From: Oscillospiraceae bacterium
GTDB lineage: Bacteria > Bacillota > Clostridia > Oscillospirales > JAAYXM01
Length of the DNA: 64,000 nucleotides
Assembly: GCA_017421025.1 (NCBI GenBank)
Contig: JAFQME010000008.1
Location: 41,858 to 105,857, forward strand
Reading direction: 5' to 3'
The position numbers were made by a program, and so were the translations under genes. The notes under the pieces are model-generated. The model was not told the origin of the DNA. It searched no databases and worked only from the letters and a program-made list of their open reading frames with translations. Of the stretch, positions 12,492-22,857 are shown in pieces. The stretch's first letter is position 1; every line of letters begins with the position of its first letter.

Positions 12492-13907
12492 ATGAGAAAA
12501 ACCAAACAGGCACTGCTGCTCAGTGCTCTGAGCCTGCTCGTGTGCATTTCCATGCTCATCGGCACCACCTTTGCATGGTTTACCGACTCTGTTTCCTCGG
12601 TCAACAACATCATCAAGTCGGGAAATCTCGACATCGAGGTGTCTTACAGCACAAACGGTGTGGACTTCCTTCCGCTTGGGGCTGACCCGATTCTCCCCAA
12701 GGATGCTCTTTGGGAGCCGGGCTATACCCGTGTTGTGGCGCTCAGTGTGAAAAACGTGGGCAGCCTTGCAGCAAAGCTCGACGTTGCAACCAAAATTGTT
12801 TCCGAAACAGAGGGCATCAACGTCTATGACGAATCCTTCAAGCTTTCGGAGTATCTGGATATTTACAGCGCAGATTCCCTTGCGGGTGTGGATTTCTCCG
12901 ACCGTGCAAGTGTCAAGGGCATGACCGCAGCGGAATTCGGCACAAGCCTTTACACCGACGCTTCCATTCTCCCGAATGAGGAGAAGGTCTTTGTTCTCGG
13001 TATTACCATGCCCGAAACCGTCGGAAACGAAGCAAACCACAAGACCGGCGCCGGCAATCAGCCGTCCGTCACCTTCGGTCTTACCGTGCTTGCAGCTCAG
13101 CTCATGCATGAGTATGACTCCTTCGGCAACGACTACGACAAGGACGCGACCTATCCGGAAGTTACCGTTCCTGTGGACGGAATTACACTTGATATGGCAG
13201 AACTTACCGTTGAAATGGGAAAAACTGCAACGCTTACCGCAACTGTTTCTCCCGAAAATGCTACCAATAAGAAAGTGACCTGGACTTCGTCCGATGAATC
13301 GGTCGCAACCGTTGATGAAAACGGCGTTGTTACCGCTGTCGCTCTCGGTACCGCGACGATTTCCGTAAAGGCGGGAGAATTCAGCGACTCCTGCACGGTG
13401 TCGGTTTTCAAGGAGTATGCAAGAAAGCTCAATGCAGGTCACAATAAAGACAGCTCTATATCTACAAGTACAGGTGCTGACTTTTTACCTGTTGCAGCTG
13501 TAAATCCGGGAATTTACGGTTACTCCGTATTTGATGGAGATACAAGAATTGCAAATTATGTTTATTTCCGCTATAACAAGGTTGCAAAAGAAACGATCGA
13601 CGAAAATTCTTACAAGATTTTGGTCGATTTAGAGGTGCTGGATGAGAATCGTAACGCTTTGGAATTGAAGTCCGGTTCACCGTATAACACCGGAAAAGAA
13701 TACCTTCACGTTTATTTGAATCTGATTGAAGTTCCGACCGGTTACTCCATCTCGACAGTTAAGGTAAATGGTTCTGCATTTACTTTAACCAACAATGCAA
13801 GCGGAAATCCGGCTGCAGGAGAATATTGGATTGGCTATGACCAAAAAGATATTTATCTCCAGTCTAAAACTGCAGGCCTGATTGAGATTACCGTCACCAA
13901 AAACTAA
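12492..13907 (+). CDS. SipW-class signal peptide (TasA/CalY-like) surface protein with a Big_2 domain
   Basis: LIGTTFAWFTDSVSSVNNIIKSGNLDI; Big_2 TATLTATVSPENATNKKVTWTSSDESVATVD; AT-rich C-terminal domain. Confidence 0.85.
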   Translation: MRKTKQALLLSALSLLVCISMLIGTTFAWFTDSVSSVNNIIKSGNLDIEVSYSTNGVDFLPLGADPILPKDALWEPGYTRVVALSVKNVGSLAAKLDVATKIVSETEGINVYDESFKLSEYLDIYSADSLAGVDFSDRASVKGMTAAEFGTSLYTDASILPNEEKVFVLGITMPETVGNEANHKTGAGNQPSVTFGLTVLAAQLMHEYDSFGNDYDKDATYPEVTVPVDGITLDMAELTVEMGKTATLTATVSPENATNKKVTWTSSDESVATVDENGVVTAVALGTATISVKAGEFSDSCTVSVFKEYARKLNAGHNKDSSISTSTGADFLPVAAVNPGIYGYSVFDGDTRIANYVYFRYNKVAKETIDENSYKILVDLEVLDENRNALELKSGSPYNTGKEYLHVYLNLIEVPTGYSISTVKVNGSAFTLTNNASGNPAAGEYWIGYDQKDIYLQSKTAGLIEITVTKN

Positions 13908-13918
13908 CCGAAGAAACG

Positions 13919-13949
13919 AAAAACGCTCCCAAACGGGAGCGTTTTTTTT
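13919..13949. terminator. Bidirectional terminator
   Basis: AAAAACGCTCCC-AAAC-GGGAGCGTTTTTTT between convergent genes. Confidence 0.85.
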
Positions 13950-15300
13950 ACTTTGTAATGCGTGTTTTGGAAAGGTCGGTTTTGTGGTAATAAATTGCGG
14001 CGAGGATGCTGCACAGCACCCAGCCCATGGGGTAGGCAAGTGCGATGGGTAAGGGCTCATTTACAATGAAATTTGCCATCACAAAGAGATACGCTTGACG
14101 GAACGCCACAAACGAGGTGAGCATAATGATCATGGGCGCTTTGGTATCCCCGGCACCTCGCAGTGCCCCGATATAGATTTGGTTGATGCAGCAAATCAGA
14201 TAAAACGGGGTGAGGCAGCGCAAAAACGTGGTGCCCATCTTCACAACACCCGGGGTGTTATTGAAAAACGCAATCGTGTGCGGCGCAAAGACCATGACCG
14301 GAATCATGAGCACGCCTGTGGTGAGCATGGCAAGGATGAGCGAGGTACGCACCCCACGCTTGGCACGTGCCACATCCCCGTAGCCCAAATTCTGCCCCAT
14401 AAACGTGGTGGAAGCGAGTGCGACCGATTGCATGGGCAGGATGATGAGTTGGTCGATTTTATGGTAGGCAGAGTACCCTGAGATGCAGTCGGTCCCGAAG
14501 AAGTTGATGTACCGATGCACAAAGACATTGGAAAACGAGGTGAGCGCCATTTGGAGTGCGGAGGGGAAGCCGATGCGCACGATCTTCCAAAGCAAGTCCC
14601 CGGCGATTCTGAGCTTTTTGAGGGAGAGTCGCACGCAGGAATCCGAACGGAAGAGGGTGAGCAGCACCAGGACCGCCGAGAGTCCTTGGGCGATGACGGT
14701 TGCATACGCAACCCCCTCCACGCCCATGCCGAATTTGAGGACAAAGAGCAAATCCAGCACGGTGTTGAGCAAAGCGCAAACCACCAGGTAATAAAACGGA
14801 CGGGTGGAGTCGCCCACCGCACGCAAAATCGCAGAGCCGATGTTGTAGATGACCAGCCCCAACAGTCCGGAAAAATAAATGGTGAGATACGACTTCGAGT
14901 AGGGGTAGACCTCGCTCGGCACCTGCATGAAGCGGAGTAAGAGCGGGATGAGCAGCACCCCGACAATGCTCAGGACCACGCCCAGAATCAGCGAGCAGGC
15001 GATTGTGGTATGCACGGTGCGGCTCACGTTTTTCTCGTCTTTCGCACCGAAGTATTGGGAAATGACCACACTCGCACCGGCGGAAAAGCCCATGAACAGA
15101 GAAATCATGGTGTTGACGATTTGGGTGACCGAGCCGACGCCGGAAAACGCTTCGTTGGAAACAAAATTTCCAAGCACCCAGGTGTCCACCATATTATACA
15201 GTTGTTGGAAAAGATTGCCGGCAAGAAGCGGCAGGGTAAAGGCGATGATATGGCGAAGGATGTTCCCTTGGGTCATATCCACGCTGGTTTTGGCTTTCAT
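13948..15300 (-). CDS. MATE-family efflux transporter
   Basis: DMTQG...PLLAGNLFQQLYNMVD, LRAVGDS and LRGAGDT motifs; about 12 TMs. Confidence 0.93.
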   Translation of the reverse strand: MKAKTSVDMTQGNILRHIIAFTLPLLAGNLFQQLYNMVDTWVLGNFVSNEAFSGVGSVTQIVNTMISLFMGFSAGASVVISQYFGAKDEKNVSRTVHTTIACSLILGVVLSIVGVLLIPLLLRFMQVPSEVYPYSKSYLTIYFSGLLGLVIYNIGSAILRAVGDSTRPFYYLVVCALLNTVLDLLFVLKFGMGVEGVAYATVIAQGLSAVLVLLTLFRSDSCVRLSLKKLRIAGDLLWKIVRIGFPSALQMALTSFSNVFVHRYINFFGTDCISGYSAYHKIDQLIILPMQSVALASTTFMGQNLGYGDVARAKRGVRTSLILAMLTTGVLMIPVMVFAPHTIAFFNNTPGVVKMGTTFLRCLTPFYLICCINQIYIGALRGAGDTKAPMIIMLTSFVAFRQAYLFVMANFIVNEPLPIALAYPMGWVLCSILAAIYYHKTDLSKTRITK

Positions 15301-15406
15301 CAAACCACCTCGGATTTATTGTAGCACTCGGGGCTACGGTTGACAAGACACTTGACAAAATTCGGAAAATCATATAAATTCAAAGGTAGAATAGGAGGAT
15401 GTTTTT

Positions 15407-16711
15407 ATGAAAAAATCAAATCCAATCGCATTGCTCCCCATTGGGGTGTTTCTGGTCATCTATTTGGGGTTGGGCCTGCTCTTTGAGTACGGCATGAAAA
15501 TCCATATGGGCTTTTACAATATCCCCATCGTGGTAGCGTTTTTGGTCGCTCTGCTGGTTGCATGTCTGCAAAACCGCAAGCTGAGCTTCGATGAAAAACT
15601 GCAACTGATGGGCCGTGGCGTGGGCGATAAGAACATCGTCACCATGATCCTCATTTTCATGGTAGCGGGCATTTTCGTTGGCGTTGTGGGCCGTTCCAGT
15701 GCAGACAGCGTGGCATACTTCTTGCTGTCCGTCATCCCTGCGCAGTATGCAGTGGCAGTGCTCTTTGTGGTTTCCTGCTTCGTGTCCCTTGCTATGGGTA
15801 CTTCGGTCGGCACCATCACACTCATCACCCCGATTGCGGTCTCGGTCTCCGCAGCAAGCGGATTCTCGCTTCCCTTGTGCATCGGCACGGTCATGGGCGG
15901 TGCCATGTTTGGCGACAACCTGTCCTTCATTTCGGATACCACCATTGCGGCGTGTAACGGTCAGGGCTGTCAGATGAAAGACAAATTCTCCGCCAACTTC
16001 AAGATTGCGCTTCCGGCCGCAATTGTGACGCTGATTGCGGTTTTGGTGCTGTCATTTCAGCAGAATGTCACCGGTGCGGTCATCGAGCCGTATAACTTAA
16101 TCCAGATCATCCCATACGTTCTGGTGTTGGTGGGCGGTGTGATTGGCATCAATGTCTTTGTGGTCCTGCTCATCGGGATCTTCTCGGGCGCAATTATCAT
16201 GCTTGCCACCGGCGCCACTGCGGCAACCGACCTGCTCTCCAATATGGGCTCGGGTGCGGCAGGCATGTTTGAAACCACCATGGTTGCGATTTTGGTCTCT
16301 GCCATTTGTGCCCTCATCCGTGAACACGGCGGCTTTGAAGCGCTGCTTTGCGGCATCAAGCGTGTCTTCCGCGGCAAACGAGGCGGACAGCTCGGTATGG
16401 GTCTCCTGGTGGGTGCGATGGATATTGCAACCGCAAACAACACGGTCGCCATCGTGATGGCAAACCCGATTGCAAAAGAAATGAGTGAGGAATACGGCAT
16501 TTCGCCCAAGAAAACCGCATCCATCCTCGACACCTTCTCCTGCGTGTTCCAAGGCATCATCCCATACGGTGCGCAGATGCTGGTTGCGATTACCGCAGCC
16601 ACCGAGTTGGGACACACCGTGGGCGCATTCCAAATCATTCCGTACCTCTTCTATCCGTTTGCACTGCTTCTGAGCTCTTTGATCTTTATCTTCTTTGTTC
16701 GGGAAAAGTAA
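15407..16711 (+). CDS. Na+/H+ antiporter NhaC-family transporter (possible amino-acid substrate)
   Basis: SLAMGTSVGT, GAMFGDNLSFISDTTI and IIPYGAQML motifs. Confidence 0.85.
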   Translation: MKKSNPIALLPIGVFLVIYLGLGLLFEYGMKIHMGFYNIPIVVAFLVALLVACLQNRKLSFDEKLQLMGRGVGDKNIVTMILIFMVAGIFVGVVGRSSADSVAYFLLSVIPAQYAVAVLFVVSCFVSLAMGTSVGTITLITPIAVSVSAASGFSLPLCIGTVMGGAMFGDNLSFISDTTIAACNGQGCQMKDKFSANFKIALPAAIVTLIAVLVLSFQQNVTGAVIEPYNLIQIIPYVLVLVGGVIGINVFVVLLIGIFSGAIIMLATGATAATDLLSNMGSGAAGMFETTMVAILVSAICALIREHGGFEALLCGIKRVFRGKRGGQLGMGLLVGAMDIATANNTVAIVMANPIAKEMSEEYGISPKKTASILDTFSCVFQGIIPYGAQMLVAITAATELGHTVGAFQIIPYLFYPFALLLSSLIFIFFVREK

Positions 16712-16712
16712 G

Positions 16713-17423
16713 ATGCTGTTTCGACGCAAGAAGTTTGAGGTCGGGCGCTTTCTCACACGTGCGAGAGGCTTTGACCCGCTTGAAGCGCAAGCGTATGAAG
16801 AACTTGTCTCGCATTACCTGGCGCACGGAACGCGTGTGACCCCAAAACCGTTTGGGCTGAAACTCATCGTGGTCTCGGATACCCACGGGGACCTGGGCTT
16901 CGGCAACAAGTTTGAGGAGTTCTTTTCCGGTGTGGCGGCATATGATTTGTGCCTGATTCTCGGGGACTTGTGCCCCTATGAATTGGAGCGGGTGTTAACA
17001 CTCGTGCCGAAAGAAAAACTTTTGGCGCTGCGTGGCAATCACGACCGCCCCGACCTGCTCGACCAATTCGGCATCCCAAACTTAAACGGCAAGACCGTGA
17101 CCCATCGTGGGGTCACCTTTGCCGGAATCGAGGGGAGTTTCCGCTACAAAAAAGGGGAGTGGCCCATGTACACCCACTATGAAAGCCTGCTTCTGGCAAG
17201 CGGAATGTCAAAGGGTGCGGATGTCCTTCTCACGCACGACCGAGCGTTTCTGTCTGCACAGTATGACCATGCCCACGCAGGGCTTGCCGGGATTACCTAC
17301 TATCTCTTTGAGCATGGGATACCGCTTCACATCCACGGTCATCTCCACAAGTCCTATCGCAAAGCGTATCCCAACGGTGCGGTGGAGCAAAGCGTCTACG
17401 GCTGTGAGTACATCGAAATCTAA
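16713..17423 (+). CDS. Calcineurin-like metallophosphoesterase
   Basis: DTH, GD, GNHD, TH and HGHLH metal motifs. Confidence 0.85.
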   Translation: MLFRRKKFEVGRFLTRARGFDPLEAQAYEELVSHYLAHGTRVTPKPFGLKLIVVSDTHGDLGFGNKFEEFFSGVAAYDLCLILGDLCPYELERVLTLVPKEKLLALRGNHDRPDLLDQFGIPNLNGKTVTHRGVTFAGIEGSFRYKKGEWPMYTHYESLLLASGMSKGADVLLTHDRAFLSAQYDHAHAGLAGITYYLFEHGIPLHIHGHLHKSYRKAYPNGAVEQSVYGCEYIEI

Positions 17424-17426
17424 CCA

Positions 17427-17464
17427 AAAGAGGTGTTTTCTTTTTGAAAATGCCTCTTTTTTTT
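17427..17464 (+). terminator. Intrinsic terminator
   Basis: AAAGAGGTGTTTTC...GAAAATGCCTCTTT plus T run. Confidence 0.7.
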
Positions 17465-17473
17465 GAAAAACAC

Positions 17474-17564
17474 TTGACTTTATCATGTTATTGCGTTAGT
17501 ATACTAAAGTAATAAAGTATCTAAGAAAGTGACGGTTGTCGAATTACGGAATCTATGATATAAT
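17474..17564 (+). promoter_or_regulatory. his operon promoters with candidate HisR (YerC/TrpR-like) operator half-sites
   Basis: TTGACT-17-TAGTAT and TTGTCG-17-TATAAT (extended TG); ACTTTA and repeated TAAAGT half-sites, e.g. GTTAGTATACTAAAGT. Confidence 0.55.
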
Positions 17565-17599
17565 ACAAGATAACCGTTTTTTATCGGAGGAACGAATTT

Positions 17600-18697
17600 A
17601 TGGATGTCTTGAAATACGAAGAAAAGGCGATTTTTTCGCTGCGTGCGCTGTATCAGACATACGGATATGCACAGTACAAAATGAGCAAATTTGAGGAATA
17701 TGACCTCTATGTCCGCAACAAGAATTTCCTGGTTTCGGACCATATCATCACCTTTACCGACACGGACGGCAAACTCATGGCGCTCAAGCCGGACGTGACG
17801 CTGTCCATCATCAAAAACAGCAAGGACATCACCGACTCGGTGCAGAAGGTGTATTACAACGAAAATGTCTACCGTGTTTCCAAAGGCACCCATTCGTTTA
17901 AGGAAATCATGCAGGTGGGATTGGAGTGTCTCGGTGCGGTGGATTCCTACTGCATTTTCGAGGTGTTAAAGCTTGCATGCGAGAGTCTTGCGCTCATCTC
18001 GAGCGACTTTGTGCTGGACCTCTCCAACTTGGACATCATCGCCGAGGTGATCGATTCTTTGGGCGTGTCCGATCAGGCGAGAAAGAATCTGCTTACCTGT
18101 GTCGGGGAGAAGAATCTCCACAGCATCTCCGCCATCTGTGCGGAGGAGGGGGTGGACGGCAGCCGTCTGCGCCGCCTGGTCTCTACCTACGGTGTCCCCG
18201 CAGAAGTTCTGCCCGTGCTGCACGAAATCGTCCCCGAAAGCCCTGCGGTTGCGCAGCTGGAAACTGTTTTGCAAGCCCTTGCGCACAGCGGTGCGGATGC
18301 AAATGTCCGCATTGACTTCTCGGTGGTCGGCGATATGAATTATTACAACGGCTTTGTCTTCAAAGGCTTTATCAGCGGTGTTGCATCCGGTGTCCTTTCC
18401 GGCGGTCAGTACGACAACCTGATGGACAAAATGGGGAGAAAGTCCCGTGCAATCGGATTTGCGGTGTATCTCGACCTGTTAGAGCAGCTCTGTGAAACCG
18501 ATCGGGAATACGATGTGGATGCGGTCATCCTCTATGACGATGGGGCGGACCTTGCTGCACTCTTTGATGCACACAAACTCCTCACCTCGAGCGGGATGCG
18601 TGTGACCGTGCAGAAATCCCTGCCCGAAAAACTCCGCTACAAACAACTTTTGAAATTACAGGAACGGGGGGTCGAGATCATTGAAAACCATGCTTAA
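17600..18697 (+). CDS. hisZ: ATP phosphoribosyltransferase regulatory subunit
   Basis: HisRS-like motifs ALKPDVT, YYNGFVF and SGGQYD; precedes short hisG. Confidence 0.9.
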   Translation: MDVLKYEEKAIFSLRALYQTYGYAQYKMSKFEEYDLYVRNKNFLVSDHIITFTDTDGKLMALKPDVTLSIIKNSKDITDSVQKVYYNENVYRVSKGTHSFKEIMQVGLECLGAVDSYCIFEVLKLACESLALISSDFVLDLSNLDIIAEVIDSLGVSDQARKNLLTCVGEKNLHSISAICAEEGVDGSRLRRLVSTYGVPAEVLPVLHEIVPESPAVAQLETVLQALAHSGADANVRIDFSVVGDMNYYNGFVFKGFISGVASGVLSGGQYDNLMDKMGRKSRAIGFAVYLDLLEQLCETDREYDVDAVILYDDGADLAALFDAHKLLTSSGMRVTVQKSLPEKLRYKQLLKLQERGVEIIENHA

Positions 18698-19319
18698 TGT
18701 TGCCTTGCCCAAAGGCAGACTGGGCGAAAAAGTCTATGCCATGTTTGAAAAAGCGGGTTTCCCATGCCCCTCGATCAAGGAAAACAACCGCAAGCTGATT
18801 TTTGAAAATCAGGAAGCGGGTGTGCGTTATTTCTGGGTCAAGCCCTCGGACGTCGCCATCTATGTCGAGCGTGGTGCGGCGGATCTCGGAGTGGCAGGCA
18901 AAGACATTCTGCTTGAGTACCAGCCCGATGTGTATGAACTCTTGGATTTGGACATCGGCAAATGCCGCATGGCGGTGGCTGCGCAAAAGAGCTTCCGTGA
19001 CAACCCGCAAAAGACCCTGCGTGTCGCCACCAAATTCACCAACATCGCAAAGAATTACTATGCGTCCATGGGACGTGACATTGATATGATCCACTTAAAC
19101 GGCTCAATCGAAATCGCTCCGATTCTCGGACTTTCCGACGTGATTGTGGACATCGTGGAAACCGGCACCACCTTAAAGGAGAATGACCTGGAGGTAATCG
19201 AGACCATTGTCCCCATCAGCGCACGTCTGATTGCCAACAAAGCCGGCTTCAAATTCAAGCAAGCCCCCATCGAAACCATCGTCGCAAGTTTGGCGGCGCA
19301 AACGGAGGAAGCGAAATGA
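18690..19319 (+). CDS. hisG: ATP phosphoribosyltransferase (short form)
   Basis: ALPKGRL and DIVETGTTLKENDL. Confidence 0.95.
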   Translation: MLNVALPKGRLGEKVYAMFEKAGFPCPSIKENNRKLIFENQEAGVRYFWVKPSDVAIYVERGAADLGVAGKDILLEYQPDVYELLDLDIGKCRMAVAAQKSFRDNPQKTLRVATKFTNIAKNYYASMGRDIDMIHLNGSIEIAPILGLSDVIVDIVETGTTLKENDLEVIETIVPISARLIANKAGFKFKQAPIETIVASLAAQTEEAK

Positions 19320-20596
19320 TTCGAATTCTCAAATACAGCGAGGTGGACCACTCGGAAATCTTCGCCCGTGTCACCCCGACCGTGAATGTGGAGGAAGTGG
19401 TCGCCGAGATCATCCAAACCGTGCGGGAAAACGGGGACCAAGCCCTGCTTTCTTACTGCGAGCGGTTTGACCATGCCAAGCTGGACTCCCTTGCGGTCAG
19501 CGAGGCGGAAATCCAAGAAGCACTCTCGCTCGTCGAGCCGAGATTCCTTGCGGTGTTGGAGCGTGCAGCAGCCAACATCCGCAAATTCCATGAAAAACAA
19601 GTCCGTTCGGGCTTCATCATCAACGACGAACCCGGGGTACTGATGGGTCAGAAAATCATCCCGGTGGACCGTGCCGGACTCTATGTCCCGGGCGGCACCG
19701 CAACCTATCCCTCCACCGTCTTGATGGATGCCATCCCCGCCAAAATTGCAGGCGTGCCCGAGGTGGTCATCGTCACCCCGCCGAATTCCGAGGGGAAGAT
19801 CAATCCGGTCATCCTCGCCGCAGCAAAAGTCGCCGGGGTGGATAAAATCTTCAAAGTCGGCGGTGCGCAAGCGATTGCCGCACTCGCTTACGGTACCGAA
19901 ACCATCCCCAAGGTGGACAAAATCGTGGGCCCGGGAAATGCCTTTGTCGCAGAAGCGAAAAAGCAGGTGTTCGGTCAGGTGTCCATTGACATGATTGCAG
20001 GCCCGAGTGAAATCCTCATTGTGGCAGACGAGAGCGCAACTCCGTCCCACGTTGCGGCGGATCTGCTCTCCCAAGCCGAGCACGATAAACTCGCCAGCGC
20101 AGTCCTTGTCACCGATTCCATGGCGCTTGCCGAGGCGGTGCAAGCCGAGCTTGAGCGTCAAATCCCGACCCTGCCGAGAAGTGAAATTGCCCGTGCGTCC
20201 ATTGACCAAAACGGCAAAATCATTGTGGCAGACTCGCTTTCCGCCGCAATTGAAATTTCAAACGAACTCGCACCCGAGCATCTGGAACTGTGTGTGGCAA
20301 ATCCGTTTGACTCGCTTGACGCCATCCGTCACGCAGGCTCGGTCTTTTTGGGGCACAACTGCCCCGAGGCGCTGGGGGACTACATGGCAGGCGCCAACCA
20401 CACCCTGCCCACCTCAGGTACCGCAAAGTTCTCCAGTCCGCTCTCGGTGGATGACTTTGTCAAGAAAACCCAGTATACGTACTTCACCGCAGATGCACTC
20501 GCCGCTTTGGCTGAGGATGTGGCGTACTTTGCGGAACAAGAAGGGCTTTCCGCCCATGCGAGAAGTGCCACCATCCGTTTGGGGGAAAAACAATGA
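19316..20596 (+). CDS. hisD: Histidinol dehydrogenase
   Basis: GLYVPGG, IDMIAGPSE, SQAEHD and APEHLEL. Confidence 0.96.
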   Translation: MIRILKYSEVDHSEIFARVTPTVNVEEVVAEIIQTVRENGDQALLSYCERFDHAKLDSLAVSEAEIQEALSLVEPRFLAVLERAAANIRKFHEKQVRSGFIINDEPGVLMGQKIIPVDRAGLYVPGGTATYPSTVLMDAIPAKIAGVPEVVIVTPPNSEGKINPVILAAAKVAGVDKIFKVGGAQAIAALAYGTETIPKVDKIVGPGNAFVAEAKKQVFGQVSIDMIAGPSEILIVADESATPSHVAADLLSQAEHDKLASAVLVTDSMALAEAVQAELERQIPTLPRSEIARASIDQNGKIIVADSLSAAIEISNELAPEHLELCVANPFDSLDAIRHAGSVFLGHNCPEALGDYMAGANHTLPTSGTAKFSSPLSVDDFVKKTQYTYFTADALAALAEDVAYFAEQEGLSAHARSATIRLGEKQ

Positions 20597-21657
20597 GCAG
20601 ATTTATGAGCGAGAAATTCGCATCGCTTACCCCGTATACCCCGGGGGAGCAGCCCAAAAATATGCAGTATGTCAAACTCAATACCAATGAAAGCCCCTTT
20701 CCGCCCTCGCAAACCGCACAAACACTTGCGTCTGCGGCGGCGAAGGAGTTGCAGTTGTATCCCGACCCCGAGTGCCGCACCCTCACACAGGCGGTGGCGG
20801 ACACGCTTGGGGTGGACTTCTCACAAGTCCTCCTCACCAACGGCTCGGACGAGATTCTAAACTTCGCTTTCATGGCGTATTGCGATGAGAACACCCCGGC
20901 GGTGTTCCCGAATATCACCTACGGTTTTTATTCGGTCTTTGCCGAACTCAATCGGGTCCCGTTTGTGGAGGTGCCGCTGAAACCTGATTTCACCGTGGAT
21001 GTGGACACCCTGTGCAAGACACACGGCACCGTGTTTCTCGCCAACCCCAACGCACCCACCGGCATCGAGCTTGCACAGAGCGAGATTTGCCGAATTCTGG
21101 AGAGTGACCCGAACCGAATCGTGGTGGTGGATGAAGCGTATGTGGATTTCGGGGCGCAAAGTGCGGTGGCACTGTTGGAGCGATACCCGAACCTGCTGGT
21201 CACACAGACCTTCTCCAAATCCCGTTCCATGGCAGGGGCAAGACTCGGCTTCGGCGTGGGGAGTGCAGACCTCATCTGCGACCTCAACACCATCAAATAT
21301 TCCACCAACCCGTATAACATCAACCGCATGACCATGGCGGCGGGCTTGGGGACACTGCAGGATGCGGAGTACACCGCACAAAATTGCCGCACGGTAATGG
21401 AAACCCGTGCAGAAACCATGGCGCAGCTTGCCGCTCTCGGCTTTGAAATGACCGAGTCGAAAGCGAACTTCATCTTCGCCCGTCATCCCAAACTCGACGG
21501 GGAGCGCACCTATCTTGCGCTCAAAGAAAAGGGGATTTTGGTCCGCCATTTCACCAAACCCGAAATTTCAGCATATAACCGAATCACGGTCGGGACACGG
21601 GAGCAAATGGACCTTTTGCTCGCCGCTCTCGCTCAGATTTTGGAGGAAACAGTATGA
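20593..21657 (+). CDS. hisC: Histidinol-phosphate aminotransferase
   Basis: KLNTNESP, NPNAPTG, DEAYVDF and TFSKSRSMAGARLG. Confidence 0.95.
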   Translation: MSRFMSEKFASLTPYTPGEQPKNMQYVKLNTNESPFPPSQTAQTLASAAAKELQLYPDPECRTLTQAVADTLGVDFSQVLLTNGSDEILNFAFMAYCDENTPAVFPNITYGFYSVFAELNRVPFVEVPLKPDFTVDVDTLCKTHGTVFLANPNAPTGIELAQSEICRILESDPNRIVVVDEAYVDFGAQSAVALLERYPNLLVTQTFSKSRSMAGARLGFGVGSADLICDLNTIKYSTNPYNINRMTMAAGLGTLQDAEYTAQNCRTVMETRAETMAQLAALGFEMTESKANFIFARHPKLDGERTYLALKEKGILVRHFTKPEISAYNRITVGTREQMDLLLAALAQILEETV

Positions 21658-22241
21658 GAACAGCTAATTTTACCCGCCGAACAGCGGAAACCGATATCGC
21701 CCTCGCCCTTGCGCTCGATGGGAGCGGAAAAAGCGAGATCAACACAGGGTGCGGATTTTTGGACCATATGCTCACCCTGTTTGCCAAGCACGGCCGTTTT
21801 GATTTGATCGTCACCTGCAACGGGGACACCCAGGTGGATGACCACCACACGGTGGAGGACATCGGCATTGTGCTGGGAAAAGCATTCTGCGAAGCACTCG
21901 GCGACAAGCGCGGCATCAACCGCTACGGCAGCCAGATCCTGCCCATGGACGAAGCCCTCATCCTCTCTGCGGTGGACCTCTCGGGGCGTGACTGGTTGGG
22001 CTATGACCTGTGTGTCCCGACCGAGAAAGTCGGCACATTTGACACCGAACTGGTAGAGGAATTCTTCCTCGGCTTTGTCCGTGAAGCGAAGTGCAACCTG
22101 CACATCAAGCAGCTTGCCGGCACCAACTCCCACCACATCATTGAGGGGACTTTTAAGTCGGTCGCACGCAGTCTCCGTGCCGCATGTGCATTCGACCCGA
22201 GCGCAGCAGGGGAAATCCCGTCCACCAAAGGGGTGCTTTGA
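21654..22241 (+). CDS. hisB: Imidazoleglycerol-phosphate dehydratase
   Basis: FLDHML, DDHHTVED, NSHHIIE and PSTKG. Confidence 0.96.
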   Translation: MRTANFTRRTAETDIALALALDGSGKSEINTGCGFLDHMLTLFAKHGRFDLIVTCNGDTQVDDHHTVEDIGIVLGKAFCEALGDKRGINRYGSQILPMDEALILSAVDLSGRDWLGYDLCVPTEKVGTFDTELVEEFFLGFVREAKCNLHIKQLAGTNSHHIIEGTFKSVARSLRAACAFDPSAAGEIPSTKGVL

Positions 22242-22242
22242 T

Positions 22243-22857
22243 ATGATCGCAATCATTGATTACGGGGTGGGGAATCTGTTTTCCCTGAAAAGCTCCTTTG
22301 CCGCCATCGGGCAGGAGGTTGTGGTCACCTCGGATGCAGATGTCATCCGTGCTGCCGACCGCATCGTACTTCCCGGTGTGGGCGCATTCGGCGATGCTGC
22401 GAAAAAACTGCGTGAGAGCGGCATGGCAGAGCTTGTCATTGAGCAGGCGGAAGCGGGAAAACCCATCCTGGGCATCTGTCTCGGGATGCAGCTGCTGTTT
22501 GAGACCGGCTATGAATACGGGACCCACAAAGGCTTGGGCCTGATTCCGGGCGAAATCCGTGCCATCGCAGAAGTGATTCCGGAGCATCTCAAAATCCCGC
22601 ACATCGGCTGGAATGCCCTCCGCTTTACCAAAGAAAGCGAGCTTTTCCGCTATCTCAAGGACGGGGACCATGTCTACTTCGTCCATTCCTACTATGCGAC
22701 AAACTGCTCGGATTACGTCATCGCAGACGCCGAGTACGGTGCATTTCTCACCGCCGCCGTGCAGAACAAACATGTCTACGGCTGTCAATTCCACCCGGAA
22801 AAGAGCGGGGATGTGGGACTCTCCATTCTGCGTGCATTTTGTGAGGTGGAAGTATGA
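22243..22857 (+). CDS. hisH: Imidazole glycerol phosphate synthase glutaminase subunit
   Basis: IDYGVGNL, PGVGAF, GICLGMQ and QFHPEKS; start at ATG 22243. Confidence 0.96.
   Translation: MIAIIDYGVGNLFSLKSSFAAIGQEVVVTSDADVIRAADRIVLPGVGAFGDAAKKLRESGMAELVIEQAEAGKPILGICLGMQLLFETGYEYGTHKGLGLIPGEIRAIAEVIPEHLKIPHIGWNALRFTKESELFRYLKDGDHVYFVHSYYATNCSDYVIADAEYGAFLTAAVQNKHVYGCQFHPEKSGDVGLSILRAFCEVEV

Noticed and set aside
17521-17583. ACGGTTGTC...GATAACCGT-T run as a T-box or attenuator for his
   Set aside because: No T-box motif or His-rich leader peptide; the large loop contains a good promoter, so function is unclear.
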